Origin: Squalus acanthias
Lineage: Eukaryota
DNA length: 64,000 nucleotides
Assembly: GCA_030390025.1 (NCBI GenBank)
Contig: CM059432.1
Span: 97,094,001-97,158,000 of the forward strand
Direction of reading: 5' to 3'
Shown here: piece after piece, positions 35,967-49,140 of the stretch
How the letters are laid out: every line of letters starts with the position of its first letter
Position numbering within the stretch: position 1 is the first letter of the stretch
Made by a program: the position numbers and the translations under genes
Notes under the pieces: generated by a model
Seen by the model: the letters and a program-made list of their open reading frames with translations, nothing else
Told to the model about the DNA's origin: nothing
Database searches by the model: none

Positions 35967-38167
35967 TTAAAAAATAATGTGAGAGGAACTGCAATTAAAA
36001 ATGATTTACACTGTCTGTACAGCAATGCACACAGTGTCCATAATATAACAGGGGAACTGAAGGCAATAATAGGGTTGTGAGGAACCAGATATAGTAGGAA
36101 TTACTGAGACATGGCTACAGAAAAATCAGGACAGGGAATTAAACATTGCAGGGTATAACATATTTAGAAAAGATAGAGAGGGAAAAAGGGGAGGTGGAGT
36201 AGCTGCACTTATTAGAGATAACATAATGGCAGTAGAAAAAAGTTACTCTGTTTATCCCCTTTACCTACCTCTTCTGGCCAATTAATTTCAGGGTATTTGA
36301 AATCCCCCATGATAGAAAAGCCAATTTTGAAGGGCTGAGAATAGAAGTTGGGAAAATAAAATGAACAACAATATTGGCAAACAATGATGTAGAACAGCAA
36401 TGGGAAACATTTAAAATGGTGTTCAACAGGATCCAGGAAAAATATATTCTGCTAAAAAACAAGAACAAGCTAAACATTAATGAGACATCATGGATGAATA
36501 AAGACATTAGGGAAAAATTGAGGTAAGGAAAGAGGCATACACTAAGTACAGAGCATGACGAGGGAGAATACGAAGAGATTAGGAGAGAATTAAAAAAAAT
36601 TAGGAAGTCAAAGAGGAACTATGAAATTAAATTATCAAGGAACATAAAACAAAATAGTAAAATATTCTACAGGCACATAAATAAAAAAAAGGAAAGCCAG
36701 GATGGGAATAGGGCCACGAAGGGACGGTCAGGATAAAATCACAGGCAATGATAGCGAAATGGCAGAAATATTAAATAATTACTTTGCTTCAGTAATTACC
36801 CAGGGAGACAGATCAGGTGAACATGACATCGGAATATGAGATTAAATATTATATAACTGCATTTAAAATAAAAAGAGGAGAAATATTAAATAAACTATTC
36901 AAACTCAAAGAGGATAAGACCCCATGTCCAGACGGATTATATTCGCACATTTTAAAAGTACCTAGGGAGGAGAGAGCAGGGGTGCTATTACACATATTTA
37001 ATAATTCATTAGAAAAAGGTGTAGTGCCAGAGGACTGGTGGATAGCCAACGTAATACCGATATTTAAGAAGGGAGATGGAACATGTCCAGGGAACTATAG
37101 ACCAGTCAGCTTAACATCGGTGGTAGGAAAAATAATGGAATCCCTACTAAAGGAAAAAATAGAAGAACATCTAGAAACCAAAAATATAATAATGAATAGT
37201 CAGCATGGATTTCAAAAAGGAAAGTCTTGTTTGACCAAAATCATTGAATTCTTTGAAGAGGTAACAGAGAGAGTGGACAAGGGTAATGCAATAGATATAA
37301 TTGATCTAGATTTCCAAAAGGCCTTCGATAAGGTACCATATAATAGACTACGAATAAGGTCAGAGAATGTGGGGTCAGGGGACAAGTAGCAGAATGGATA
37401 GTTAGCTGGCTTAAAGACAGGAAGCAGAGAATAGGGGTAAAGGGTAGCTATTCAGAGTGGTGGAAAGTGGGGTCCCACAAAGATCAGTGCTGGGACCAAA
37501 GTTGTACACAATTTATATTAACGATTTAGACGATAGAATCAGAAACACAATTTCTAAATTTGCAGATGATACCACATTGCGGGTGGGGGGGGGGATAGTC
37601 AATACTGAGGACGACTGTAACAAATTAAAAGAAGGCATTAATAAACTTGCAGAATGGGCATATAATTGGCAAATGAATTTCAACACAGATAAATGTAAGC
37701 TATTACATTTTCGTAAGAATAAGGAGGTCACATATCACTTGGAAAATAAGAATCTAAATGGGGTAGAAGAGCAAAGGGATCTCGAAGTACAAATACACAA
37801 ATCACTAAAAGTAGTGACACAGGTAAATAAGGCCATAAAAAAGCAAACCAAGCACTAGGGTTTATTTCTAGAGGGATAGAATTGAAAAGTAGAGAAGTTA
37901 TGCTAAACTTGTATCGAACCTTGGTTGGACCAGAAGTGGCGTACTGTGTGCAATTCTGGTCGCCATATTATAAAAAGGATAGAAAAGCACTGGAGAGGGT
38001 GCAAAAAAGAGTTACAAGGACGATACCAGAAATGCAAGGGTATACATATCAGGAAAGGATGAACAGGCTGGGTCTCTTTTCTCTTGAAAAAAGAAGGCTG
38101 AATTTGACCTAATAAAATTATGAAACATTTTGATAGAGTAGACACAGAGAGAGTGATTCCACACAGA

Positions 38168-39144
38168 AGGCTGAATTTTAAGGAGGAAGGTGGGTTGGAG
38201 GCGGGGGGGCTCCGAGCCGGTCGGCAAATCTGGGAGGCCAGGTTTCCTGCAGGCCCTGCCGGCTTTAACGGCATGGCCTGATTTGCATGTGAGGCCTCTG
38301 TTTCCCACTCGCAGCCAGCCAGATTGAGAGGCTGGCTGGCTGCAAGCAGGTAGGCCTGCAGCACTAGGCCGCACAGAGGAGGGAAGGCGGGATCGGGTGG
38401 GGGCCGGTGCCGGCCTCTGGAGGATGGAGGCGGAGGGGGAAGATCAGGGACATCATGGGATCGTGCCATGGGGTGGGGGGTGCGGGGTGAAGAACTCGGA
38501 CATCATGGGACCAGGCCGGGGGGGGGTGGGGGGGTGGGGGAGAAGATCAGGGACATCGTATGACCGGCGGAGGGGAGAAGACCGGGGACGTTGTGCAACT
38601 GGGTTGGCGGGGAAGGAGGAAAGATCACTTCGGGGCCAGCCACCAGAGGATCGTGGCCATCCTGATGCTGATGGTGGGGGGCGGGAAGGAAGATCCGGGT
38701 CAGCCACCATGGGATCATGGCTGGCCTCAGGATGATCGGTGAGAGGGGGAGATCGGAGGCCTTGTGGGGGGGTCTCTGATCATGGGAGTTGGCTATCTAG
38801 GGACCCTGGATCCAGGAGGTAGGTGTAAAGACACTTATCTCCTGGATGCAGCAGTCCCCGCCTTGCTGTAACTGCCAGCTTTTACATTGTGTGTAAAACC
38901 CGGCCACATGCAGTTAAAAACAAAATGGATGTTAAAGTAGAGGCTATCCAGCCTCATTATAATATTTAAATTGACGTCCCGCATCTTGGCAGTGGGTTGG
39001 CTGCCCGCCCCTGTCCTGATTCCCGTCCCACTTTCGTTAAAACCGAAAGTACGTGGGTTGGAGGCTGGTTCTGGTCAGGAATCCGATTTTTAACAATCTA
39101 ACCACCCCCACACTCCAAATCCACCTTTTTTTAAAATTCCCCCC
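38168..39144. mobile_element. Harbinger-type MITE with G-rich core
   Basis: AGGCTGAATTTTAA / TTAAAATTCCCCCC; TSD AGA; related in reverse orientation to 50686-51614. Confidence 0.8.
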
Positions 39145-39465
39145 AGAGACAGTGTTTCCACTTGTGGGGAAGAGCAATACTAGAGGCTATCGATATAAGA
39201 TAGTCACAAAGAAATCAAATAGGGAATTCACCCAGAGAGTGGTGAGAATGTGGAACTCGCTACCACAGAGAGTGGTTGAAGTGAATAGTACAGATGCATT
39301 TAAGGGGAAGTAAGATAAGCATATGAGGGAGAAGGGAATAGAGGTTTATGCTGATAGACTTAGATGAGGAAAGACGGGAGGAGGCTCGAGTGGAGCATCA
39401 ATGCTGGCATGGACTGCTTGGGACGAATGGCCTGTTTCTGTGCCGTATATCCTATGTAATCCTAT

Positions 39466-40149
39466 GTAATTGGCCGGATTGGATTTGTCCTGCTTTTTGT
39501 GGACAGGACATACCTGGGCAGTTTTCCACATTGTCAGGTAGATGCCAGTGTTGTAGCTGTACTGGAACAACTTGGCTAGAGGCATGGCTAGTTCTGGAGC
39601 ACAAGTCTTCAGCACGACAGCCGGGATGTTGTCAGGGCCCATAGCCTTTACTGTATCCAGCGTGCTCAGCCATTTCTTGATATCACGTGGAGTGAATCGA
39701 ATTGGCTGAAGACTAGTTTCTGTGATGGTGGGAACCTCAGGAGGAGGCCGAGATGGATCCTCTACTCCGCACTTCTGGCTGAAGATGGTTGCAAATGCTT
39801 CAGCCTTGTCTTTTGCACTCGTGTGCTGGGCTCTGTCATCATTGAGGATGGAGATGTTCATGGAGCCTCCTCCTCCCATTAGTTGTTTAATTGTCCACCA
39901 CCATTCACGACTGGATGTGGCAGGACTGCAGAGCTTTCATCTGATCCGTTGGTTATGGAATCGCGTAGCTCTGTCTAGCTTCCACTTTTTAGCATGCATG
40001 TAGTCCTGTGTTGCAACTTCCCTGGGTTGGCACCCCATTTTTAGGTACACCTGGTGCTGCTCCTGGCATGCTCTTCCACACTCCTCATTGAACCAAGGTT
40101 GGTCCCCTGGCTTGATGGTAATGTTAAAGTGAGGGATATGCTGGGCCAT
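39466..40149 (-). mobile_element. Internal fragment of family B LINE
   Basis: TIKPGDQPWFN...SAKDKAEAF...KSNPANY; abuts the CR1 tail. Confidence 0.88.
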
Positions 40150-40189
40150 TTTGCACTCCTAGCCAACTCTGTTCATCTATATCCTTGAG

Positions 40190-40950
40190 TGTCTTACCAT
40201 TGAATGTGCAAACTCCCATTATTTTTCCTCCCAAAATGTGTTGCCTCAAACTTCTCCACATTAAATTGCACTTGGCACTTGACTGCCTGTACTGCTAACC
40301 TGTATATCCACGGAAGTCTTTCGCAGTTAATCACAGTCAATATTTTTGTGTTATTTGCATATTTTGATATTGTCAAGCCTATCCCCAGGTCCAGGTCATG
40401 CCTGTATATTAAAAAGAGCAGTGATCACAACAATGGCCCTTAGGGGACACCATTGTTTACATTTTTGGTAATAACTGATGAGTTGGAGCCTCCTTGGAAA
40501 AGAAGATTATGGTTATAGGGATGAGTTCAGTGAGAAGTAGGTTGAACGCATGAGCCTGATGTTCCTTTCTCCTCTTGAGTACATAACATCTCTCCAGTCA
40601 GAAAGACATTGATTAATCACTACTCTGTTTTCTGTCCTTTAACCAACTTCCTATCCATACTGCCAAATACCATTTACCTTACTTTTTTCAACAAGCCTCC
40701 GATGCAGCACCTTACCAAAAGCCTTTTGAAATTTTATGTATACAAATTTGACTGTATTCCCTTTATCACTGCACCCTATTATTTTCCCCAAATAACTCAA
40801 ATAAATTTGCCAAGCATGACTTGTCTTTTAGAAATCCGTGCTGGGTTGCCATTAATTAACCCATTCCTTCCTCAGTTATTATTATTATTTTAATCCCATA
40901 TGGCATCTAGAAGTTTACCCAATACCATGGTAGGCTGACTGGTCTATATT
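40190..40950 (-). mobile_element. Old CR1 RT fragment
   Basis: ISKYANNTK (degenerate YADDTK) and QKAFGK-like codons. Confidence 0.6.
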
Positions 40951-42385
40951 GTACCAGAGATTTGTAGGACTCATATGAACATGCAAAAAAGGACAGGAAA
41001 AGACCAACTGATCCATTCAACATGTCCCATCCAGGTATGGTGCAGCCTACTTACACCATCAACTCAACCCGTTCGCCAGCCATACAGTTTCCCGGTAGAG
41101 GCAAACAAAAGAGAGAAAAAACATAGCCCAATTTAGGGGAAAATGCATAAATTTCCTATCTGACATCCAAAGGCAAGGCAAGCTCCAGTTTAAACCTGTA
41201 TAGTAAGCTATAGTTATCCTAGAGGAACCAAGTGGAACTGAACCACAACTCCAGAGATATGTAAAGGGACACTTTCACTTTGATCTGTCAAGGGTTTGTG
41301 ATTTTATACTTGTCCATTGAGTACCTTGCAATATTTTTCAATTCTTTCTCAATCTGGCTAGAATAATGACTTGACTATCAAAAATCTTGGATTTTTTGGT
41401 TGGTTTGTCTTTCTTCTTGGTAAACCTAAATGCTTCAGTTTTCATTTTTATTCTTTGAAATAAGCATAAACTTCTAACACAAATGAAGTAATGTACTCAA
41501 GTAAAAAGGCCCCAGCTATAAATAACACAAGTTCAGCCAGAAATGTTTTTGTAAAAAGCTTAAACTATTTGTGCCTTCAGTGTTATAATGGCTTTAGGTG
41601 TAGGTATATTTAATCTGCTGGATTTTTACATATGTATTATTAATTATGCCTTTCATCAAATGATTGGTATGCAGTAGCTCCAGGTCTGCCATACCACTGT
41701 CATTGACGGAATCAGTGACAAATAACTGGTTTTTACTGAAAAAAGGCTGCTTGAGGCGCTCCCAGATGATTCCTTAAACAGACAGAACTACACCAACTGA
41801 CACTCGCTTGTAGCTATCAGAAAACAAAACCCCATCATAGTAAATGTTAAGATGAGCCAGGATTTTGGGTCAGCTGTGATGCCCCTGCAGTTGAATAGAC
41901 TGCCAACGTTCACTGTTTTGTCTAAGACACTAAAGAAAAGTAACTTCGGTAAGATATAAAAGGGCTGCCAGCATCCATGGAACACAATTTCAGCATGGAA
42001 CTTCTACATTGTGGTGAAGAGGATTAAAGGGAGAAAATTGAAGGAAAATTTAAAAAAAATCTTGTACATTAATTAATATTTGTATAATTCATTATTAGTT
42101 TCTGGAAGCAACAATTTTGTAAATATCGCTAAATTATATGATGAGAATGTCCAGAAAAGCTGGGTAAGAATTGTACTGTGACAATAGCAATCATTTGAAA
42201 GATTTAGTTTCCTTTTAATTGTTTAATCTGCAGCTTTTTAGAATTTTATAAAATAAGTTTGGCTTGGCATTATTTGTTCATCTTTTTCTCAAATGCAAAT
42301 ACACCAATAAGGTAAATAAGGCTGTTTCCATATTGTTAGGAGTATTTTGATTCATGTCAGCTGTGGCTCAGTGGGTAGCACTCTC

Positions 42386-44417
42386 TCGGTGGGAGCGGCT
42401 AGGAGTGAGCAGGTGCTGCTGGGTGCTTGATTACCGCAGGGAGTTGGAGTAAGTTTGTAAAACGTTGGTGGTGGGTTTATTTTCAGGTTTTAGGCCGATT
42501 TTGGTCCTTAAACAGCAGCCAGATGGCTGCTGAGGGGCCTGGAGTGCCGGGCCCCTCAGAGGACAATGTTCCCAAGATGAAATGAATCAGGGGAGAAAAT
42601 GTTGGGGGAAGGGTAAAAAAACAAACAAAGATTTGGGCCGAGACCCCAGGAGATTTGGAAAAGAAAACATGGTGGTGGTTCAGTGCGAGGATAAGGAGAT
42701 ACAAGCTTGGGATATTATCCAGGCGGTACATGAGGACTGCGGCGAGGGAAGCTGCTTTGCCTGCCGACCAAATCCGAATGTTGGGTTTGAGGTGATGGTC
42801 AGTGGCCGAGAGGAGGTAGAAAGACTTTTACTGAGTTTGAAGGTTGGAGATAAGTTCTTGGAGGTAATTCTGCTATATTCTGAAGAGGTGGTGGTCTCAT
42901 TCTTAAACCTGCCGGTTTATATTGAGGACGATGTGCTAATAAAAAGGTTGGAGTCGTGGGACTTTAAATTTGCTCAGCAATAAAGAGGAGATACTATCCA
43001 GGAACATGGGTAGCAGATGGAACCCGTTATGTAAAGGTGCGGTTCCCAGAGGGGGTGAAGCCGTTGCCGTATAGCATGAAATTCGAGACAATGGAAGGGG
43101 TGCAGTACTTCCAGGTACTGCATGATAGCCAGGTGAAGGTTTGTTATTATTGTCTTGGACATGATCATCTTGTAAGAAGCTGTCCAGACTTGGACTGTTA
43201 TAACTGCGGTGAGTCTGGACACATCGCTTGGAGCTGCAAGGTGGAGAGCTGTGGGGTGTGTCACAAAGGCCCCACCCGCTGTGAGTGTGAGGCAGAAGGA
43301 AGCCCCTTCAGTGATGAGGAGGAGGAGAAGGAGAAGGAGCAGGAGGTGTGATTGGAGCGGCTGGAGGAGCAGAGCAGGCGGAGGACACAGCTGATGAATG
43401 GAAGGAGAAAAGAGTGCAGGAAGAGGCAGAAAATTGCAGAGCAGAGAACAGGATGGAGATGGTGGAAAACACACCAAGTACAGTGGAAAAGGACAAAGAC
43501 AGCAGCGGGCTGCACGGGTCGAGGGCAGAGTCAAGCCATAATACGGCTCGGTTCTCCCTAAAGAACCTGGTGTCCGCGGGGGGAGAGGAGGTGGGAGCGG
43601 GGTGCGGGCTAAGTGTAAGTATTACAAAGAAAGACGGGTAGTCGGACACCTCGGGGAGCAGGAGGGGGCAAGACAAGGAGAGGGTGCAAGAGGCAGGAGC
43701 CTTAAAGGGACAGCAGGGCAGGAGTGGGGAGACAAGGACGCCAGAAGGGAGCAAGATAGGTGCAGATGTGCTATTGTCTCAGAGAGAAGAAACGGGGAGC
43801 AAGGGTCAGCAGTGGAGATGAGGCCGAAGGGAGTGGCACTATTGGAGAAACCGTGATAGCAGGAAGACTCTCTAAGGGAGATTATGTATCTGACGGGAAG
43901 CAGCGATGCGAGGTTACAGAAGAACTCGAGAGTGAGGAGTCAGAGGGGCACAGAGGCATGGAAGTGGGGGGTGGGGTGGCATCATGTGGAAAGGGAAAGA
44001 TTAGTGAGGGACAGAAGGAGGGAGAAGGGGCAGCTCCTTGGCCCAAACCTAATGTAAGGAAGAGGCTGAAACTGCAAGGAAGATTCAAACAGGAGGTGAA
44101 AAAGAGCTGGAGGCTGCAGGAGAAAGCAACAGCTGCCCGAAAAGTTGGGAAGGAGCATGAGAGAAGGGAAGGGCCAGAGATTAAATCATGGGGGGATTAT
44201 CAGGCACACTTCCCTTATTCACAGCCATGATTACTGATCAATTTTTAAAGTACAATAGATTAGTATATGTTATGGGAGACAAATTAAACTTCAGGTTTTG
44301 ATAATATGTGGTGGAGGAATGGCTGTGCAGAGCAGCAGAATGGATTTGTATGATACAGTGGAATGATCACGATGTTGTAAATGTTTTTAATGTTTAATAA
44401 ATAATAAATTTAAAAAA
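42386..44417 (+). mobile_element. ORF1-only Tx1/L1-group non-LTR retroelement (~2.0 kb)
   Basis: 5' UTR, zinc-knuckle ORF1, no EN/RT, AATAAA plus A tail; 16-bp TSD AGTGGGTAGCACTCTC / AGTTGGTAGCACCCTC. Confidence 0.85.
42523..44230 (+). pseudogene. Tx1-type ORF1 (ZCCHC3-like, CCHC zinc knuckles), frameshifted
   Basis: VSFLNLPVYIEDD, ADGTRYVKVRFP, LPYSMKF, CYYCLGHDHLVRSC, CYNCGESGHIAWSC. Confidence 0.8.
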
Positions 44418-44704
44418 AGTTGGTAGCACCCTCGCCTCTGAGTCAGAAGGTTGTGGGTTCAAGTCCCACTCCAGAGACTTGAGCACATAAATCTAGGTTG
44501 ACATTCCAGTGCAGTACTGAGGGAGTTTTGGAGCTTTCAAGACTGAGATCAATAGATATTTGTTAGGTAAGCTTATCAAGGGATATGGAGCAAAAGTGGG
44601 TAAATGGCGTTGAGGTGCAGATCAGCAATGATCGAGTAGAATGCTAGAGCAAGCTCGAGGGGCTGAATGGCCAACTCCTATTCCTAATGTCCCCATGTTC
44701 TTTG

Positions 44705-44970
44705 GTGGTACTGGTTGAAGGATAAATCTTGGCCTGAATATCAGATAAAGTCCCTTCTCTTCCTTGAATATTTTTAACTTTCACCCCAACATGTAGTTGT
44801 GGCCACAGTTTAACATTGCAACTCAAGGAATACATCTCCAAAAATGGAGTGTTCCCTCAATATTGCATTGGAATTTCATCTTGGATTATGTGTTAAAGTC
44901 CTGAAATGGAGCTTGAATCCACAACCTACTGTCTGAGATGAGAGTACTACCAACTAAACCAAGCTGACAT
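44705..44970 (-). mobile_element. Degenerate tRNA-derived SINE
   Basis: Minus strand ATGTCAGCTTGGTTTAGTTGGTAGTACTCTC...GGATTCAAGCTCC resembles the SINE at 42355. Confidence 0.65.
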
Positions 44971-45161
44971 GTTCATAATGCATAGCTTTATGAATTTACA
45001 AATATGCATTTTTGATTTCTGTACTATTAATATATGCATGTCTTTCCAGTGAACTTAATGTATTGTGATGGTTTTTACAATCCAAATACAAATTAAAGGA
45101 GGTTTGGTCTGGCATTTATTTTATTCTAAAATTTCTCAAATAGGGAGATTAATGCCTTATT

Positions 45162-45925
45162 TAGAATCATAGAATCATAGAATGTTTACAGCACAGAAGG
45201 CGGCCATTTGGCCCATTGAGCCCGTGCCGGCTCTCTGCAAGAGCACTTCAGCTGGTCCTACTCCCCCGCCCTTTCCCCATAGCCCTGCAAAAATTTTTCC
45301 TTCAGGTACTTATCCAATTCCCTTTTGAAGGCCACAATTGAGTCTGCCTCCACCACCCTTTCAGGCAGTGCATTCCAGATCATAACCACTCGTTGCATTA
45401 AAAAGTTTTTCCTCATATCGCCTTTGGTTCTTCTGCCAATCACCTTAAATCTGTGTCCTCTGGTTCTTGACCCTTCCGCCAATGGGAACAGTTTCTCTCT
45501 ATCTACTCTGTCTAAACCCCTCATGATTTTGAACACCTCTATCAAATCTCCTCTCAACCTTCTCTGCTCTAAGGAGAACAACCCCAGCTTCTCCAGTCTA
45601 TCCACGTAACTGAAGTCCCTCAACCCTGGAACCATTCTTGTAAATATTTTTTGCACCCTCTCTAAGGCCTTCCCATCCTTCTTAAAGTGCGGTGCCCAGA
45701 ATTGAACACAATACTCCAGTTGAGGCCGAACCAGTGTTTTATAAAGGTTCATTGTAACTTCCTTGCTTTTGTACTCTGTGCCTCTATTTATGAAGCCCAT
45801 GATCCCGTGTGCTTTTTTAACCGCTTTCTCAACCTGCCCTGCCATCTTCAATGATTTGTGCACATATACCCCCAGGTCTGTCTGTTCATGCACCACCTTT
45901 AGAATTGTACCCTTTAGTTTATATT
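45162..45925 (-). mobile_element. 5'-truncated CR1
   Basis: [17 protein letters not shown]...RTRGHRFK; (ATTCTATG)n tail. Confidence 0.92.
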
Positions 45926-47872
45926 GGTGGTCTATAGAATACACCTAGTAGTGTAATGGCGCCTCTATTGTTTCTCAACTCCAACCAAATAGATTCTGTC
46001 CTTGACCCCTCATTATTTTGACGATGCACAAGGATAAATTTAACTAATCATGTGCTGCTAGCAGTTAGCTGTGCTTGGAGGGAGTATGGCTCAGAGAATC
46101 CATGCTACAATGTTGCAGCCCTATCTCCAACCTGTGCTCCCTTGAAGTGTGGTTCTTCCTGAAGCATGGTATTTGTGAATTTACCCAATAGTTTAAGCCT
46201 TAAACTATTTGCCATCAGAATACAATGTGAGATTTGGCTTGACATCATCAAGCTCTACTGGGCCTCATTGTATTCTGCCAAAAACTTCTACTAATCTAGA
46301 ATCATCCTGGTGGGAAAAGATAACCTCCGGCTCCTTTTCTCTTGTTCTAGCTGCCTCCATAAAGCCCTCTCCCCTCCCCCCTCCATCATCACCTCTAACA
46401 ACAATTGTGAAGAACTCAAGAATGTTTTTGTCCACTGCCTCTGCTGCTTCTCCCTTTCTCCTTGGCCTCCAAGCCAAACCTCCCCACAGTCCCCCTCCTA
46501 CCCTAGCCCTGAACCCCTAGACTCTCCCCAAGCTCCTCCTTTCCATGAGATCTATCACCTCCTCCCTTGACTCCATTCCGACTAAACTCCTGACCATCTA
46601 ACTTCCCTTCCTGGGCCCCAAGCTAGCTGATGTTGTAACTGGTTCCCTCACCTCAACTACTCTTACCATCCCTTTGAAAACCACCTCCTCAATAAAATAC
46701 TCAACCCTGTCCTTATTAAACTACTGCCCCACCTCCAACTTCACTTTTCTTTTCAAGGTCTTTGAAAATGTCGTCATCTCCCAGAACTATGCCTGTAACT
46801 CCCTGTTTGACTCCCTCCAATCAGGCTTTCATCCTTCCCACAGCACTAACCAAAGTCATGAATGGTATTCTCTGGGAGTGTGATTGTGGTACAATATCCC
46901 TCCTTGTCCTCCAATCTCCCTGTAGGCTTAGATACGGCTGATCACACCATCCTCCTCCAATATCTCTCCTCTGTTGTCCAGCTCAGTGAGATGACCTTCG
47001 CTTGGTTCACACTCTTACTTATCTGATTGTAGCCAGGGAATTTATAGCAGTGGTTTCTCTTCTCAGCCCCACAATATCCTTTGTCCCCACCTCTTTCTTA
47101 TTTACATGTTGCCTCTTGGCGGCATCATCTGAAGACATCAGCTTCCATGTGTACACTGATGACATCCAGCTCTACCTCTCCATCACCTCTTTTGACCCTT
47201 CCACTGGCTCTGTACTCTCAGACTGCTTGTCTGACATTCAATTTAGATACGATGCGATTTTCTCCATCTAAATATTGGGAAGACCAATGAACAGGAAAAT
47301 CAGGCAGCGTGTATAACGGACGACCGATCCAATACCATCAGTTTACCTCCCCCACCAAAGTTGAAAATCACCCCCTTGTCTTCAGTCTGCACCATTAACG
47401 CTGGACCCTGGCCACTGACTTTATCTCCCTCCCTGATCAGTATCTTGGGCTAAACCGTAGAATTCATGATTATTGGCTTGATCCTGAGCTGAGTTTTCAA
47501 CACCATGTCCTCTCCACCACAAAGACTGCCTCCTTCCATCTCAGTAACATTACCGATCTCGGCCCTTAATTCAGCTCATCTGCTGCTGAAGCTTTTTTCC
47601 TTGCCTTTGTCACCTCCACACTTGATTAGTCCAATGCTTTCCTCGCTGGCCTCTCATCCTCCACATTCTATTCTTCTCACTCATCAACCTGGTCTTTGTT
47701 TTTTTAAATTTGTTTATGGGATGTGGGCGTTGCTGCCAATGCCAGCATTTATTGCCCATCCTTAATTGCCCTTGTTTGTTGGCCAATCCCCTAATGCCTC
47801 AAATTTAAAAATATTCATCCTTGAGTTTAAAACCTTCTATGGCCTTGCCCATTCCTATCTCTGTCACCTGTT

Positions 47873-49140
47873 ATCATAGAATTAAAAATTGATACACATT
47901 CAGCCGATCGTGCCTGTGTCGGCTCTTTGGTAGAGCTATCCAATTAGTCCCAGTCCCCTGCAATGTTCCCTGTCTGTTGGTCCCGCACAGCCCGGGACCG
48001 GCTTTACCAATGTGAAATTTTGCGCATGCGCAAAACTTTGAATAGGCCGTGCAGCCTGTTAAAGGGACCGTGCACCCAAATTTAAAATTAGGGGGAACAT
48101 TGGTCCCCTGTTCTTTCCCCATAGCCTTGTAAATGTTTTCCCTTCAAGTATTTATCCAATTTCCTTTTGAAAGGTACTATTGAATCTGCTTCCACCACCC
48201 TTTCAGGCAGTGCATTCCAGATCACAACAACTCGCCGTGTAAAAAAACATATTTCCACATGTTGCCTCTGGTTCTTTTGCCAATCACCTTAAATCCATGT
48301 CCTCTGGTTACCAACCCTTCTACCACTGGAAACAGTTTTTCCTTATTTACTCTATCAAAACCATTCATGATTTTGAACACTTCTAACAAATCGCCTCTTG
48401 ACCTCTCTGCTCTAAGGAGAACAATCCAGCTTCTCCAGTCTCTCCACATAACTGAAGTCCCTCATCCCTGATGCCATTCCAGTAAATCTCTTTTGCACTC
48501 TCTCTAAGGCCTTGAAATCCTTCCTTAAGCTTGGTGCCCAGAATTGAACACAATGCTTCAGCTGAGGCCTAACCAGTGTTTTATAAAGGTTTAGCATTAC
48601 TTCCTTTCTTTTGTAACCTATGCCTCTATTAATAAAGCCAAAGATCCAATGTGCTTTTTCAACAGCCTTCTCAATTTGTCCTGCCACCTTCAAGGGTTTG
48701 TGTACATAGACACCCAAGTCTATATGTTCTCCACCCCCTTTAAAATTGTATAGTTTATTTGATATTGCCTCTTCATCCTCCTCATATTTACTACATTTTC
48801 AAATTTTGTGTCATCTGCAAAGTTTGAAATTATGCCCTATATACCCAAGCCCAGGTCATTAATATATATCAAAAAGAGCAGTGGTCCCAATACCAACCCC
48901 TGAGGAACCCTACTGCATTCTTCCCTCCAGTCTGAAAAACAACCATTCACCACTACTCTCTGCTTTCTGTTCCTTAGCCAATTTTTTATTCACCCAGCTA
49001 CTGTCCCTTTAATGCAATGGGCTTTAATTTTGCTAACATGTCTATTATGCGGTATTTTATCAAACGCCTTTTGAAAGTTGAATATACACAACCGCACTAC
49101 ACTCATCAACCCTCTCCATTACGTCATCAACGAACTCAAT
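47873..49140 (-). mobile_element. CR1 3' fragment
   Basis: LYKTLVRPQLKHCVQFW, RGDLLEVFKIM. Confidence 0.85.
47961..48102. mobile_element. 142-bp hAT-type MITE
   Basis: Perfect TIR CAATGTTCCC / GGGAACATTG; perfect 8-bp TSD GTCCCCTG. Confidence 0.92.

Larger units (their letters stand above)
35831..39468 (+). mobile_element. CR1 family C ORF2 (degenerate) with internal inversion and MITE insertion
   Basis: GITETW, NYRPVSLTS, QHGF, LDFQKAFDKV, FADD; (ATCCTATGTA)n tail. Confidence 0.9.
42355..44527 (+). mobile_element. tRNA-derived SINE head split at its A box by the Tx1-like insertion
   Basis: GTGGCTCAGTGGGTAGCAC... resumes at 44418 with ...GAGTCAGAAGGTTGTGGGTTCAAGTCCC (B box). Confidence 0.85.

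Noticed and set aside
41790..41910. Possible ancient DeuSINE-like remnant on minus strand
   Set aside because: Similarity too short and too weak to call by eye.
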